From: an uncultured candidate division Zixibacteria bacterium
GTDB taxonomy: Bacteria > Zixibacteria > MSB-5A5 > RBG-16-43-9
DNA length: 64,000 nucleotides
Direction of reading: 5' to 3'
Assembly (NCBI GenBank): GCA_963713865.1
Contig: OY970208.1
Span: 1,120,001-1,184,000, forward strand
Within the stretch, counting starts at the first letter, position 1. Each line of letters opens with the position of its first letter. The notes below the pieces were generated by a model, which was not told the origin of the DNA, made no database searches, and saw only the letters and a list, made by a program, of their open reading frames with translations. Made by a program: the position numbers and the translations under genes. Of this stretch, positions 21,625-32,575 are shown piece after piece.

Positions 21625-22290
21625 ATGAAAGATATTATTATAAAAGCACAGGGTATCACTAAAATCTATGAGGGCTTTAAAATCGCTTTGAAAAATATTG
21701 ATCTGGAAATAGAAAAGGGTGAATTCCTTTTCCTGGTTGGATTGAACGGGGCCGGGAAAACCACGTTACTTAAACTTCTCTGGATGGAGGAGGAACCAAG
21801 TTCAGGTATGGTCTTCATAGATGGATGCAGTACTCTGGAAAAAGATAAAAAAAGGGTTTCAGATTTAAAACGGAAATTGGGGCTGGTGTTCGAAGATTTA
21901 AAGCTTATGAGGAAGAAAACTTTAGAAGATAATTTAGCTTTTCCTTTGAGGGTTCTGGGTAAAAATGAAAAATATATTAAATCAAAAGTAGCTGAGCTTT
22001 TGGGAACTTTTAACCTCTACTCCAAAAGGAGACTTTTACCAGAAGAGATTTCAGCCGGGGAAAGGAAAAAACTGGCTATTGCCCGGGCAGTGATAAACGA
22101 GCCGCTGATAATTTTAGGGGATGAACCTTTCGGAGGGTTAGATGAAAACTACTCCTCTGAGATAATCGACTTTTTTAAACAAGTAAATTTTAAAGGCACT
22201 ACCGTGTTTTTAGCTACCCATAGAACTAACCTTGTCAGAAATTTTAAAGGGAGAGTAATCCAGTTAGAGAATGGGGAGATAAGAAGATGA
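21625..22290 (+). CDS. ftsE: Cell division ABC ATPase FtsE
   Basis: GLNGAGKTT, DEP, GTTVFLATH; overlaps ftsX. Confidence 0.82.
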   Translation: MKDIIIKAQGITKIYEGFKIALKNIDLEIEKGEFLFLVGLNGAGKTTLLKLLWMEEEPSSGMVFIDGCSTLEKDKKRVSDLKRKLGLVFEDLKLMRKKTLEDNLAFPLRVLGKNEKYIKSKVAELLGTFNLYSKRRLLPEEISAGERKKLAIARAVINEPLIILGDEPFGGLDENYSSEIIDFFKQVNFKGTTVFLATHRTNLVRNFKGRVIQLENGEIRR

Positions 22291-23138
22291 GCTTAGTTTT
22301 CTGGTTAAAGGAGTCGTTTGCCGGGTTTTTCAGGGAAAAAGGCTCTGCTTTTATATCTTTCTTCGTCAACACCTTTTTCTTTCTGATCTTCGCCATTTTC
22401 CTTTTAGTTACTTATAATCTTTACACCTTCACCCAGAAGGTAAAACAAAAGATGGAGATAGACGTCTATGTATCTGAGGGATTAACAGACAAAGAGAACG
22501 AGGAGTTAAAGTCTAAAATTATAAAAATAGAAGGGGTGGAGGGTGCTATATTTCGTACCAAAGAAAAAGCTCTGCAGGAACTTAAAAATTATTTAGGTAA
22601 GGATATCTTAGAAGGTCTGGAATCTAATCCTTTGCCTTCTTCCTGGGTAGTGAAATTAAAGCCAGCTCATCAGAACTTAGAGAAGATGCAAAAAATCTCT
22701 TCCCAGATAGCAAAGATCAAAGGGGTAGAGGAGACAGACTACGGAAAGTTCTGGGTAGAAAAAATGGATCAACTTTTCGAAATCTTCCTCTGGGTAAATT
22801 TAGTTTTAGGGATTCTGATAATTTCGGGCTCTTTGTTTTTGATGATTCATACCTTAAGAACTATCCGCCAGTCTAAAGCTGAGGAGCTTACTCTTTTAAA
22901 TCTTTTAGGCGCAGAAAGAGGTTTCTTAAGAAAGGTTTTTCTTTTCGAAGGAATTATGCATGGCGGAGTGTGCGCATTTTTAAGCTTATTAATCCTTTAC
23001 ATACTTCACAGATTATTTATTTATTTCGGATTCGAGCTCAGCTTTTTGTCCTTGTCCCTTTCGATTACCTTTGTTTTCTTCGGATTTCTCTTAGGCGGAT
23101 CTGCCGGGCTTTTGTCCGGTGGGAAAAAATTAAGTTGA
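22287..23138 (+). CDS. ftsX: Cell division permease FtsX
   Basis: Four-TM layout with a periplasmic loop, NPLPSS, LLGA motif; between ftsE and envC. Confidence 0.85.
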   Translation: MSLVFWLKESFAGFFREKGSAFISFFVNTFFFLIFAIFLLVTYNLYTFTQKVKQKMEIDVYVSEGLTDKENEELKSKIIKIEGVEGAIFRTKEKALQELKNYLGKDILEGLESNPLPSSWVVKLKPAHQNLEKMQKISSQIAKIKGVEETDYGKFWVEKMDQLFEIFLWVNLVLGILIISGSLFLMIHTLRTIRQSKAEELTLLNLLGAERGFLRKVFLFEGIMHGGVCAFLSLLILYILHRLFIYFGFELSFLSLSLSITFVFFGFLLGGSAGLLSGGKKLS

Positions 23139-23201
23139 TACAGTAAGACAGGAATTTCAGGTTGGAGCAGGGCAATTGCCCTGTCCCAGCGGAAAAGATG
23201 T

Positions 23202-24383
23202 ATGATGAAAGGGTTTTTCAAATTAAGCGTCGTCCTTTTTCTTTCTTTTTTAAGTTCAGGGATTTTATTATATTCTGCTAATAAAGGTAAAGTCCGGGCT
23301 CAAGGTCTGGATGATAGAATCACTGAACAAAAAGATGAATTAGAGAAGATCAGAAAAGAGTTAGAAGGAAAAAGAGAGAAGGTTAAGAAGCTTTCCAAGA
23401 AAGAGTCCTCGGTTTTCATCGAGATAAAGAATTTAGAGGAAGAGCTTGAGCTTATAGATAAACTACTTTTGAGGCTTAATCAGAAATCTAAAAAGGTGGG
23501 GAAAGATATTATAACCACGGAGACGCTTTTGGGGAAATCTCAATTGAGATTTCAAGCTAAAAGGGAGGAGTTAGGGTGTCGCCTCAGAGATATTTACAAA
23601 TATATGAGGTTCAGGGAATATGAGATCCTCACCGGTGCCTCATCCCCGCTTGATCTGATGAGGAGGTTGAAATATATGAAGCTTATCACCCGACAGGATC
23701 AGACTTTAATTCAGGAGATCTCAAAAGAGATTAAGAACATAGAAGAAAACAAAAAATCCTTGGAGTCAAAAAGGAAGGAACTAACTTCTTTGATTAAGGA
23801 AAAGGATAAAGAGGAAAAGAAAAGGAATCAGGAGAAAAGCAAGAGAGAGAAACTTCTGAAAACGATTAGATCGGAAAAGGAAATCTATCTTCAATCGGTT
23901 AAGGAATTAGAGAAAAGCGCTCAGGAGATTGAAAAACTTTTAACCTCCTTAGAAAAAGAAAGGTTTAAAAAAGAAGTTGAGACCACAACCGGTCTATTCC
24001 GGGCTTTAAAGGGTAGGCTCCCCTGGCCGATTACAGGAAGAATAGTCTTAGGTTTTGGTGAGCAGAAGGAGGCAAGGTTTAATACCAAGCTTTTTAATCC
24101 CGGAATCGATATCTCACCTTCTTCAGATCTGGAGGTGAAAGCGGTAGCGGATGGCAGGGTAGTCTATTCATCCTGGCTCAGGGGTTATGGTAACTTTATC
24201 ATACTCCAGCATGATGATGGTTATTATACAGTTTATGCCAATCTAAAAGAGATTCTGGTAGGGGTAGGTGAAAATGTAGGGAGAGCCCAAACCATTGCCC
24301 GGTTAAATGGTTCTGAAAACAATTTTCATTTTGAGATAAGGAAGGGGAAAGAACAGCTTGACCCCTTAGAGTGGTTAAAATAA
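23202..24383 (+). CDS. envC: Murein hydrolase activator EnvC (coiled coil plus degenerate M23 domain)
   Basis: Signal peptide, long coiled coil, KGRLPWP, GIDI, GYGN, HFEIR; zinc-binding His residues are degenerate. Confidence 0.82.
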   Translation: MMKGFFKLSVVLFLSFLSSGILLYSANKGKVRAQGLDDRITEQKDELEKIRKELEGKREKVKKLSKKESSVFIEIKNLEEELELIDKLLLRLNQKSKKVGKDIITTETLLGKSQLRFQAKREELGCRLRDIYKYMRFREYEILTGASSPLDLMRRLKYMKLITRQDQTLIQEISKEIKNIEENKKSLESKRKELTSLIKEKDKEEKKRNQEKSKREKLLKTIRSEKEIYLQSVKELEKSAQEIEKLLTSLEKERFKKEVETTTGLFRALKGRLPWPITGRIVLGFGEQKEARFNTKLFNPGIDISPSSDLEVKAVADGRVVYSSWLRGYGNFIILQHDDGYYTVYANLKEILVGVGENVGRAQTIARLNGSENNFHFEIRKGKEQLDPLEWLK

Positions 24384-25522
24384 TGGTCATTAAAGATATT
24401 TTAGATCAGGAAGTTGTCAAAAAGATTTTGCAGGGAGCCTTGAGGGAGAAAAGGATTGCTCATTCCTATCTTTTTACCGGTCCAGCCGGCACTGGCAAGT
24501 GGTTTACTGCGATTGAATTAGCCAAAGCAGTCAATTGTTTAAAAGGTGGGTTTGATTCCTGTGAAGAATGTTTAGCCTGTAAGAAAATCAATCGTTTGAT
24601 CCATCCGGATTTGTCTTTAATCTTCCCGCTTCCACCCTCCTCTTCGGGCAAAAAAAGCAAAAAAGAAAAAGAGGAGGAGGAACAGAAAAACCGGACTAAA
24701 TTTAAAGAGGAAAAACTTTCCAATCCGTATAAGATCGTTAAATACGAAAAACCAGGCTCGATCTCCATAGAAGAAGTGAGAAACGCTCAGAAAAATCTAC
24801 GGTACACTCCAGTAGAAGGCAAATATAAAGTTTTGATAGTACAGGAGCCAGAGAAGATGTCATTGGCAGCGGAGAACTGTTTTCTTAAAACCTTAGAGGA
24901 ACCGCCCAGAGATTCTCTTTTGATCTTTTTAAGCTCTGAGCCGGAAAAGCTTTTACCTACGATAGTGTCCCGCTGTCAGAGGATAAGGTTCAAAAGGATC
25001 TCAGAGGAGCTTATTGCCTTGAGACTTGAAGAAATCTTTAAGTTCTCCGGAGATAAAGCCCTTCATTATGCCAGACTCTCAGAAGGGAGCTTGGGGATGG
25101 CTTTTTCCTTAGCGGAAGGAGGTAGGGATGAGATTCGCTTCAATGGGGTGGAGTTCTTAAAAGTAGTTCATAATAAGGATAGAATAAAATTGGTTGAGTT
25201 CGTAGAGCAAATCCTAAGGGATTACGAAAGAGAATCTCTTTTAGAGCTTTTAAATTTTCTTTCAGGTCTGTTGAGAGACATCTACGTTTTTTCTGAAACC
25301 CAGAAGGAAGAGAGGTTTTTAAATCCGGACCTGAGGAAGGAGATAAAAGCTTTTGTCCAGTATTTCAAAGGGAGAGAAGAATTAGAAAAGACATTAGAAC
25401 TGGTTGAAAAAATTCGGGAAGACCTTTTGAGGAATGTTAATTTGAAGTTAGCCCTTTTAAACTTAGGATTTGAGCTGAGGAAGATAACCTCAGGCTTAAG
25501 GAGAGAGAAGCTGGTTACGTAA
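24383..25522 (+). CDS. holB: DNA polymerase III subunit delta'
   Basis: HSYLFTGPAGTGK, zinc-binding cysteines, HPD, LKTLEEPP, LLPTIVSRC. Confidence 0.9.
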   Translation: MVIKDILDQEVVKKILQGALREKRIAHSYLFTGPAGTGKWFTAIELAKAVNCLKGGFDSCEECLACKKINRLIHPDLSLIFPLPPSSSGKKSKKEKEEEEQKNRTKFKEEKLSNPYKIVKYEKPGSISIEEVRNAQKNLRYTPVEGKYKVLIVQEPEKMSLAAENCFLKTLEEPPRDSLLIFLSSEPEKLLPTIVSRCQRIRFKRISEELIALRLEEIFKFSGDKALHYARLSEGSLGMAFSLAEGGRDEIRFNGVEFLKVVHNKDRIKLVEFVEQILRDYERESLLELLNFLSGLLRDIYVFSETQKEERFLNPDLRKEIKAFVQYFKGREELEKTLELVEKIREDLLRNVNLKLALLNLGFELRKITSGLRREKLVT

Positions 25523-25553
25523 TATCATTATATAGTTAAAGAAAATAAAGGAG

Positions 25554-26384
25554 ATGGAAATGGAGTTATATTTAGTGGAATTCAAGGGTTCGAGAAAACA
25601 ATATTTTTTAAATCCAGAAAACTTTTCAGTAAAATTAGGGGATTATGTAATAGTTCAGGCAGAAAGAGGAGAGGATTTGGGGAAATTAGTCAAAAAGATA
25701 GAGATAGAAGATCCTTCGGGTATAATAGAAAAGCCTTTGAATCTTCTGAGACTCTCTACCCCGGAGGATTTACAGAGGATGAGGGAAAATCAGGAGAGAG
25801 GGGGAAAAGCCTTAGAGGAGTGTCAAAGGCTGATTGAGGAAAGGAATTTGGAAATGAAGCTGGTGGATACGGAATATCAATTCGACGGGAGCAAGCTCAC
25901 CTTTTTCTTCACCGCTGAGAAAAGGATAGATTTCAGGGAACTGGTAAAAGAGTTAGCCTCAATTTACCGTACCCGTATAGAACTCAGACAGATTGGGGTA
26001 AGGGATGAAGCTAAAAGATTAGGAGGTTATGGATGCTGCGGTCTGAAGCTCTGCTGTACCACCTTTATCCAGGAATTCTGTCCTATAACCACTCAAATCG
26101 CCAAGGAGCAGAACCTGTCTTTGAATCCAGCCAAGCTCTCCGGGAACTGCGGAAGACTTTTATGCTGTCTTTTATATGAAAAAGATTTTTATGAAAAGAG
26201 TATGGGGCTCTATCCTAAGGTCGGCTCAAAATTCCAAACCGACAAGGGAGAAGGGGTAGTGGAGAAGGTTAATCTGTTTAAAGAATATATTGTGGTGAAA
26301 CATGAGGATGGGGAGGAACAAAAGGTAGGTTTAGCTGAACTTAAAAAAAGGTTAAAGAAATCAAGAGGCGTTCAGCCCGTTTAA
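25554..26384 (+). CDS. PSP1 / YaaT (RicT) family protein
   Basis: RIDFRELVKELA, RIELRQIGVRDEAK, CGLKLCC, KLSGNCGRLLCCL. Confidence 0.92.
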   Translation: MEMELYLVEFKGSRKQYFLNPENFSVKLGDYVIVQAERGEDLGKLVKKIEIEDPSGIIEKPLNLLRLSTPEDLQRMRENQERGGKALEECQRLIEERNLEMKLVDTEYQFDGSKLTFFFTAEKRIDFRELVKELASIYRTRIELRQIGVRDEAKRLGGYGCCGLKLCCTTFIQEFCPITTQIAKEQNLSLNPAKLSGNCGRLLCCLLYEKDFYEKSMGLYPKVGSKFQTDKGEGVVEKVNLFKEYIVVKHEDGEEQKVGLAELKKRLKKSRGVQPV

Positions 26385-26424
26385 AACGATTACGAATTCT
26401 TAAAGTTAGTAGAAGGAGGAAATC

Positions 26425-28378
26425 TTGACTGAGCTGAAGACTAATTCAAGCAAAAGAAGGTATTTCATAACAACCCCGATATATTATGTGAATGACAAGC
26501 CGCATATCGGGCATACCCGCCCTACAGTTGCCGCAGATATCCTCTCCCGCTTTCACCGGATTAAAGGGGATGAGGTATTTTTCTTAACCGGCACAGATGA
26601 GCATGGGAGTAAAGTGGCAGAGGAAGCAGAGAAATTGGGGATTTCTCCACAGGAGCTTTGCGATAGAAATAGCCAGCTTTATAAAGGTGCCTGGAAAAAG
26701 CTTAATATCTCTTATGATTATTTTGTGCGAACCACAGACCAGAGGCATATCCAGGCAGTGGAAAAGCTTTTGGAAAAGCTCAATCGGGCAATAGATGATA
26801 AAAGTCAGAAAATTGTTTATCCGGGAGAATATTCAGGATTATACTGTGTGGGATGCGAAAAATTCATCACTGAGAAAGATTTAGTAAATGGGCTATGCCC
26901 GAACCATCTTAAACCTCCGCAAAAAGTCTCAGAAAAGAACTATTTTTTCAGGCTATCCTCTTTTCTTCCTTTAGTGGAGAAACTCATCTCTGGGGATAAA
27001 ATCAAAATCCTACCTGAGGAGAAAAAAAACGAGACCCTGGGGCTTTTCAAACAGGAGCTGGAGGATTTCTCTATTTCCAGAGAGAAAGTTACCTGGGGTG
27101 TAGCTCTACCCTTTGATCCTTCTCAGAAGACTTATGTTCTGGGTGGATGCCCTTCCCAATTATATCTCGGCAATCGGATATGGGGATAATCCGGATGAAT
27201 TCAGAAAATGGTGGACGGACGGCTATGTGATTCATCTTTTAGGAAAAGATATTTTGAAATTCCACAATATATACTGGCCAGCGATGCTCCTCGCTCTCGG
27301 AGAAAAAACACCAGACATACTTTTCATCCACGGGTTTTTCACAGTTAATGGTCAAAAAATGGGAAAGTCTCTGGGCAACGTGATTGATCCTTATTATCTG
27401 GCAGAAAAATACGGCTCAGATGCTACCCGCTATCTGCTTTTGACCCATTTTCCATTCGGGCAGGATGGGGATATTCAGGAGAAAAGGTTAGAGGAGAAAT
27501 ACAATTCAGATTTAGCAAACGATTTCGGGAATTTAGCCAGCCGGGTCTTAAAACTTATAAAAGAAAATTTTCAAGGGGAGATTCCCCAGCCTTCGGATTA
27601 TCAGACAGAGGAGAGGGAGCTGCAGGATTTAGCAGAAAAGACAGTGGATGTGGTTTTTGATTCGATAGAAGAGTTGAATATCAACCAGGCGTTAGACGAG
27701 GTTTTAAAGTTAGTCCGATACACCAACCGCTATGTGGATAAAACCGCTCCCTGGAATTTGGCTAAACTTAAAGACAAATCACGTCTGGGAACGGTTCTAT
27801 ACGCTTCTGCCGAGACCTTGAGATTTATCAGCTTTCTTTTCTACCCGGCTCTGCCGGAGAAATGTCAGAAACTAAGAGAGATTCTGGGTCTGAGCAAAGA
27901 AGAAAGTATTCCTGATTTAAGAAAGGAAAAAAACTGGGGGTATCTAAAGCCGGGAACGAAAATAGGGGAGATCGTTCCTTTATTCCCGCGTCTGTCAGAA
28001 AAGACACAAATTGTAAAAGAAACAAAAGGAATTGGAGTGGAAGAAGAAAAAAAGAACGAGGTTAGTATTGAAGATTTCGCTAAATTAGATATCAGGGTGG
28101 CAAAGGTTTTAGAGGTGGAAAGAGTTGAAGGAGCAAAAAAGCTTTTAAAATTAAAAATAGAGTTCGGAGAGGAGAAAAGAGAGATAGTTGCCGGGATTGC
28201 TGAATATTATAAACCAGAAGAGTTAATTGGAAAAGAGATTATCCTGCTTGCCAATCTGAAACCAGCCAGGATAAGAGGGATAGAGTCAAAAGGGATGCTC
28301 CTTGCCGCTCAGGACGGGGAAGCTCTGACTATTCTTACTATAGATAAAAAAGTAAAGCCCGGAGCGAAGATTAGTTGA
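26425..28378 (+). CDS. metG: Methionyl-tRNA synthetase with C-terminal tRNA-binding domain; apparent +1 frameshift at 27136-27142
   Basis: TTPIYYVN, HIGH, TGTDEHG, KMGKS. Deleting one T from TATGTTCTGG restores YVWVDAL. Confidence 0.95.
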
Positions 28379-28388
28379 GAAAAATTAT

Positions 28389-29156
28389 ATGATTAAAACA
28401 CACAACTGGGCAGAACAAGAATTAATAGTTGTGTTTAATCTCTACTGCAAACTTCCATTTGGTCAATATCATAAAGGGAATAAAAAAGTAATTGAACTTG
28501 CACATATTCTTGGAAGAACTCCAAGTGCTGTAGCTTTAAAGTTATGCAATTTTGCTCGATTTGATCCTCTCCTCCAAAAACGAGGAATAAAAGGGATGCA
28601 ACATGGTAGTAAATTAGACGAAAAAATCTGGAAGGAATTTAATCACAACTGGGAAGAACTTGCCTATAGAAGTGAATTTGTTCTTGCTGACCTGAAAGGT
28701 GAAAAACCTTACGCTGAAATTGAATTTGAGCAAGAACAATACCCTATGGGAAAAGAAAGAGAAGCCCTTGTTAAGATAAGAGTAAATCAAAATTTCTTTC
28801 GTCAATTGATCTTGGCAAGTTATAGAAATAGATGTGCTGTATGTTTACTCCCTGAAGCAGACTTACTTGTAGCTAGTCATATTGTTCCATGGTCAGTTGA
28901 TGTGTCTCTACGCATGAATCCAAAAAATGGAATTTGCATGTGTGCTTTACATGATAAGGCTTTTGATAAAGGTTTGATTTCCGTTAATAATGATTATGAG
29001 CTAATAATTTCTGAGACTATTAAAATACTATTTAAGGAACCTTCAGTACAAAGAGGATTCATACCCTACGAAGGTGAAGAAATTGCACTGCCTGATAGAT
29101 TTATACCTGATAAAAAATATTTAGAATTTCATCGAAATAATATTTTTATTTCATAA
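28389..29156 (+). CDS. HNH endonuclease, putative restriction/defence nuclease
   Basis: RVNQNFFR, YRNRCAVC, LVASHIVPW, NPKNGICMCALHDKAFDKG, YLEFHR; inserted between metG and tatD. Confidence 0.85.
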   Translation: MIKTHNWAEQELIVVFNLYCKLPFGQYHKGNKKVIELAHILGRTPSAVALKLCNFARFDPLLQKRGIKGMQHGSKLDEKIWKEFNHNWEELAYRSEFVLADLKGEKPYAEIEFEQEQYPMGKEREALVKIRVNQNFFRQLILASYRNRCAVCLLPEADLLVASHIVPWSVDVSLRMNPKNGICMCALHDKAFDKGLISVNNDYELIISETIKILFKEPSVQRGFIPYEGEEIALPDRFIPDKKYLEFHRNNIFIS

Positions 29157-29177
29157 CAAAAAAGTGAATACTCCTCA

Positions 29178-29945
29178 ATGATCGATACGCATGCCCACTT
29201 AGATTTTCCGCAGTATGATAAGGACAGGGATAAAGTAATTGAAGAGGCTTTTTCTTCAGGACTAAAAGCGATTATCAATATCGGGGTGGATTTAGATTCA
29301 TCTGAAAAATCGATTAAATTAGCTGAGAAATATAATAATATTTATGCCACTGTCGGGTTTCATCCTCATGATGCTTCAAAGTTAAATAAAGATGCATTTA
29401 TTAAATTAGAAAAACTTGCCTCTTACCCAAAAGTAGTTGCAATCGGTGAAATCGGTCTGGACTTTTATAGAAATCTTTCTCCTGAAGAGGTACAGATAAA
29501 AGCTTTTAAAGAGCAGATTGGATTAGCTAAAAAATTAAAGCTTCCAATTGTCGTTCATATCAGAAACGCTTATAAAAAAGCGCTGGAAATTCTCTCAGAG
29601 AATGGCAGAGGATTAAAAGGGGTGCTTCATTGTTTTTCAGGGGATGAAAATGAGGCAAGGGAAGTTCTGGAAATGGGTTTTTATCTTTCTTTTAACGGAA
29701 CCTTAACCTATAAAAATTCCAGGTCAGCAGAGCTGGTAAAAAAAATCCCCTTGAGTTCGATTCTGGTTGAGACCGATTGTCCCTACCTTACACCTGAACC
29801 TCTGCGAGGCAAGCGAAATGAACCAAAATTAGTCAGGCTGGTTACCCAGAAAATAGCAGAGCTTTCAGCTTCGAATACTTTTAAAGAGTTAGATGAGATC
29901 TTCACTCAAAATGCAGTAGAATTTTTTAATCTCGATTTAAAATGA
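29178..29945 (+). CDS. tatD: TatD family nuclease
   Basis: IDTHAHL, GFHPH, AIGEIGLD, VLHCFSG, VETDCPYL. Confidence 0.92.
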   Translation: MIDTHAHLDFPQYDKDRDKVIEEAFSSGLKAIINIGVDLDSSEKSIKLAEKYNNIYATVGFHPHDASKLNKDAFIKLEKLASYPKVVAIGEIGLDFYRNLSPEEVQIKAFKEQIGLAKKLKLPIVVHIRNAYKKALEILSENGRGLKGVLHCFSGDENEAREVLEMGFYLSFNGTLTYKNSRSAELVKKIPLSSILVETDCPYLTPEPLRGKRNEPKLVRLVTQKIAELSASNTFKELDEIFTQNAVEFFNLDLK

Positions 29946-30775
29946 AATCTTTCTCTCCATCAGAAAAAAAAGACAAAAAGATTTACCCCAAAAAAAGATT
30001 CAGCCAGAATTTTTTAGTCAATCTGAAAGCGGCAAAAAGGATTGTCGATTATCTGGATTTAAGTTATAACGAGAAGGTCTTAGAAATAGGTCCGGGAAAA
30101 GGTGTTCTAACCCAGTTCCTTTTAGAGAAAGCAAAAAAAGTCTATGGGGTGGAGCTGGACAGGAATCTATGTTCTTACCTTCAGGAAAAATTCAAGGGAA
30201 ACGAAAACCTGGAGATTATAAATCAGGATATATTGAAATTCGATTTAAAAAAACTTACGGATAGAGAAGGGAGTTTAAAAGTAATCGGGAATATTCCTTA
30301 TAAGGTTACAACTCCAATTTTAGAATATCTCATTCAGAACCGGGAATATATCGACTTTGCTATATTGACTGTGCAGAAAGAGGTGGCTAAACGCATCTGT
30401 GCCAGGCCCGGTACTTCCGACTGGTCTCCGCTTTCCATCGGGATACAGCTTTTTTCAGACTCGGAGATTTTGTTTATCTTAAAACCGAACTCTTTTTTCC
30501 CACCTCCAAAAGTAGATTCTGCGGTGATAAAACTTAAGTTTTTTAAAGAACCCAGGATTGAGGTTGAGCTACCTTTTTTCTTTGATCTGGTAAAGTCCAT
30601 TTTCTCCCAGAGGAGGAAAAATCTTTTGAACAGTTTATGCAGAACTTTAAACTTGAATAAAGATAAACTTAAAGTTATTTTACAGGATGCGGGAATAGAT
30701 TTTAAAAGGAGGGGTGAGACTTTAAACCTGGAAGAGTTAGGGAAATTAGTCAAGTTAATTTCTGCAGGTAAATGA
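29942..30775 (+). CDS. rsmA: 16S rRNA adenine dimethyltransferase
   Basis: QNFL, LEIGPGKG, GNIPY, QKEVA, FFPPPKVDSAV, QRRK. Confidence 0.95.
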   Translation: MKSFSPSEKKDKKIYPKKRFSQNFLVNLKAAKRIVDYLDLSYNEKVLEIGPGKGVLTQFLLEKAKKVYGVELDRNLCSYLQEKFKGNENLEIINQDILKFDLKKLTDREGSLKVIGNIPYKVTTPILEYLIQNREYIDFAILTVQKEVAKRICARPGTSDWSPLSIGIQLFSDSEILFILKPNSFFPPPKVDSAVIKLKFFKEPRIEVELPFFFDLVKSIFSQRRKNLLNSLCRTLNLNKDKLKVILQDAGIDFKRRGETLNLEELGKLVKLISAGK

Positions 30776-32571
30776 AGAAAGTATATTTATTATCTCTGGT
30801 CTTTACTCTTTTCCTGAACCAGCCTCTTTACGCCTCTAATCTGAAACTGGATTTCTCTCAGAATAACCAGACCTATAACTGGAACAACCGTTTGGAATAT
30901 TTTTATAATAAAGACCCGAAATTATCCTGGGAACTCATTTTTTCCCTGAATTCGCTTTTGATTAAAAAAGCTATCCAGGACCGCTGGCAGGAAGACGGCA
31001 ACCTGAAGCTGAAATTCGATTATCTGGTAAAAAAGGATTTCAAAACCGGGGTGCTTCTTAACCACAAATTGAGCTCCTTAGGTGATAGAAAAATTACCTC
31101 CCAGGATTATCTGGTTACCTCTGAGCTGAATTTCTGGCAAAGGTTCAAACTTTCTCAAAACCTGGGGATAAGCTCACTGGCCCGAAAGTCTGATAAAGAA
31201 AAAGGGGAGGAGAGTGGTTTGAATTACTCTTTTAACCTGGGATTTGGACCGGTGATCTGGAAGAGGGCAGAGCTTACTCTCGATTTAGGTCAGGATGTTA
31301 TAGATCTGGAAAAAATTCCCACCCAGGACAGGAACTTGAGATTCAACCTTCAGAGAAATTTGTCAGAAAAGGATAGTTTGAACCTTGAATATGAGGAGGG
31401 ATGGTCGAAAAAAAGCTTCTTCTCCGGAGGAGGGTCCCAGACCTACACCCAGAAAAGGAAAGAAAGGGTTTTAAGGCTGGGCACCACCAGAAAGATAATC
31501 CTTAACCTTTTGCTTAAATTCGAATATAACTTCCTGCGGAATAATTACCGTTATCAAGCAGAGGAGGATACGTTGGCTGACCCTCTTTCCTTAAGAGATA
31601 ACTCTCTTTCCTCACAGGATTATACCGTAAGCTTGAACAAAACTTTTTTTAACAGGGCTAATTTAGAAGGGTTTTATAAATACTTATCCGGGGAGGAAGA
31701 CTACGGGTTGAAAGAAAGGAATCAAGATATGAAGAGCGGGGAGTTAGGTGGGAGGCTCTCCACGAAATTCAGCAGTTCCGATTCTGTTTTCGTTACAGCC
31801 TCTATGGGGGTAACTTCGTTTTATACCTCGCCGGGCTCTTTTTTCAACGACCGGGACATACTGACCAAAATACTTCACCTGGAATACCTGCATATTTTCA
31901 GCCAGTCTTTCAATTTGAAAATCAAGACCGGGTTCAAGAATTTTCACCAGGTCTATGTTTCCAGCCAGAAGTCAGCCAATAACAATTATAACGAGACCTA
32001 TATCCTTTCACCGGCATTAAGCTGGAAGATAACCCCGAAGCTCGGACTTTTTCAGGAATACCAGATTCAGGCAAATTATATTTCTTACGATTTTCAAAAA
32101 GAGACCGAGAGTAACCAGAACAAGATCTTCAGGCGGGCTTCGACTTTTACCCGGCTGAGTTACATTCCCTATAGAAGGTTAGAAGGGGAGTTCAGCTATC
32201 TTTATAAATTTGAGGATTTTGGCCAGCTACTATGGAAAGACGAATGGGTGAGAAGGCCTGGCTGGGAAAGGAAAACCCAGGGGTTTGGCCTGGCTTTGAG
32301 GTATAAACCGACCAAGAGTTTGATTTTTTCATCTGAATATAACTACGAGAAAAGAAAGGAATGGAAGATCTACCTGGATTTGCCTACCGGAAAAGAAAAG
32401 AAGGTTTACAGTTACAAATTCTATAGAAATTTGCTCACTTTTTCCTTAGATTATATGACAGATGACAGGAATTATTTGAAGCTCTTGTGGACCATAAGAG
32501 CTCAGAAGGAGATGGAACAAAAAGAAGAATTATCTAATTTCATAACCATCTCCCTGGGAAGGAACTGGTGA
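30772..32571 (+). CDS. Predicted outer-membrane beta-barrel protein of unknown function
   Basis: Signal peptide, many amphipathic aromatic strands, C-terminal ISLGRNW. Confidence 0.6.
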   Translation: MKKVYLLSLVFTLFLNQPLYASNLKLDFSQNNQTYNWNNRLEYFYNKDPKLSWELIFSLNSLLIKKAIQDRWQEDGNLKLKFDYLVKKDFKTGVLLNHKLSSLGDRKITSQDYLVTSELNFWQRFKLSQNLGISSLARKSDKEKGEESGLNYSFNLGFGPVIWKRAELTLDLGQDVIDLEKIPTQDRNLRFNLQRNLSEKDSLNLEYEEGWSKKSFFSGGGSQTYTQKRKERVLRLGTTRKIILNLLLKFEYNFLRNNYRYQAEEDTLADPLSLRDNSLSSQDYTVSLNKTFFNRANLEGFYKYLSGEEDYGLKERNQDMKSGELGGRLSTKFSSSDSVFVTASMGVTSFYTSPGSFFNDRDILTKILHLEYLHIFSQSFNLKIKTGFKNFHQVYVSSQKSANNNYNETYILSPALSWKITPKLGLFQEYQIQANYISYDFQKETESNQNKIFRRASTFTRLSYIPYRRLEGEFSYLYKFEDFGQLLWKDEWVRRPGWERKTQGFGLALRYKPTKSLIFSSEYNYEKRKEWKIYLDLPTGKEKKVYSYKFYRNLLTFSLDYMTDDRNYLKLLWTIRAQKEMEQKEELSNFITISLGRNW

Positions 32572-32575
32572 AAAT

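Noticed and set aside
8751-27142. Programmed ribosomal frameshifting or true pseudogenes in gcvT, the aminotransferase and metG
   Set aside because: The shared motif occurs in both orientations relative to the mRNA, there is no slippery heptamer at gcvT or metG, and metG is essential. An artefact is more parsimonious.
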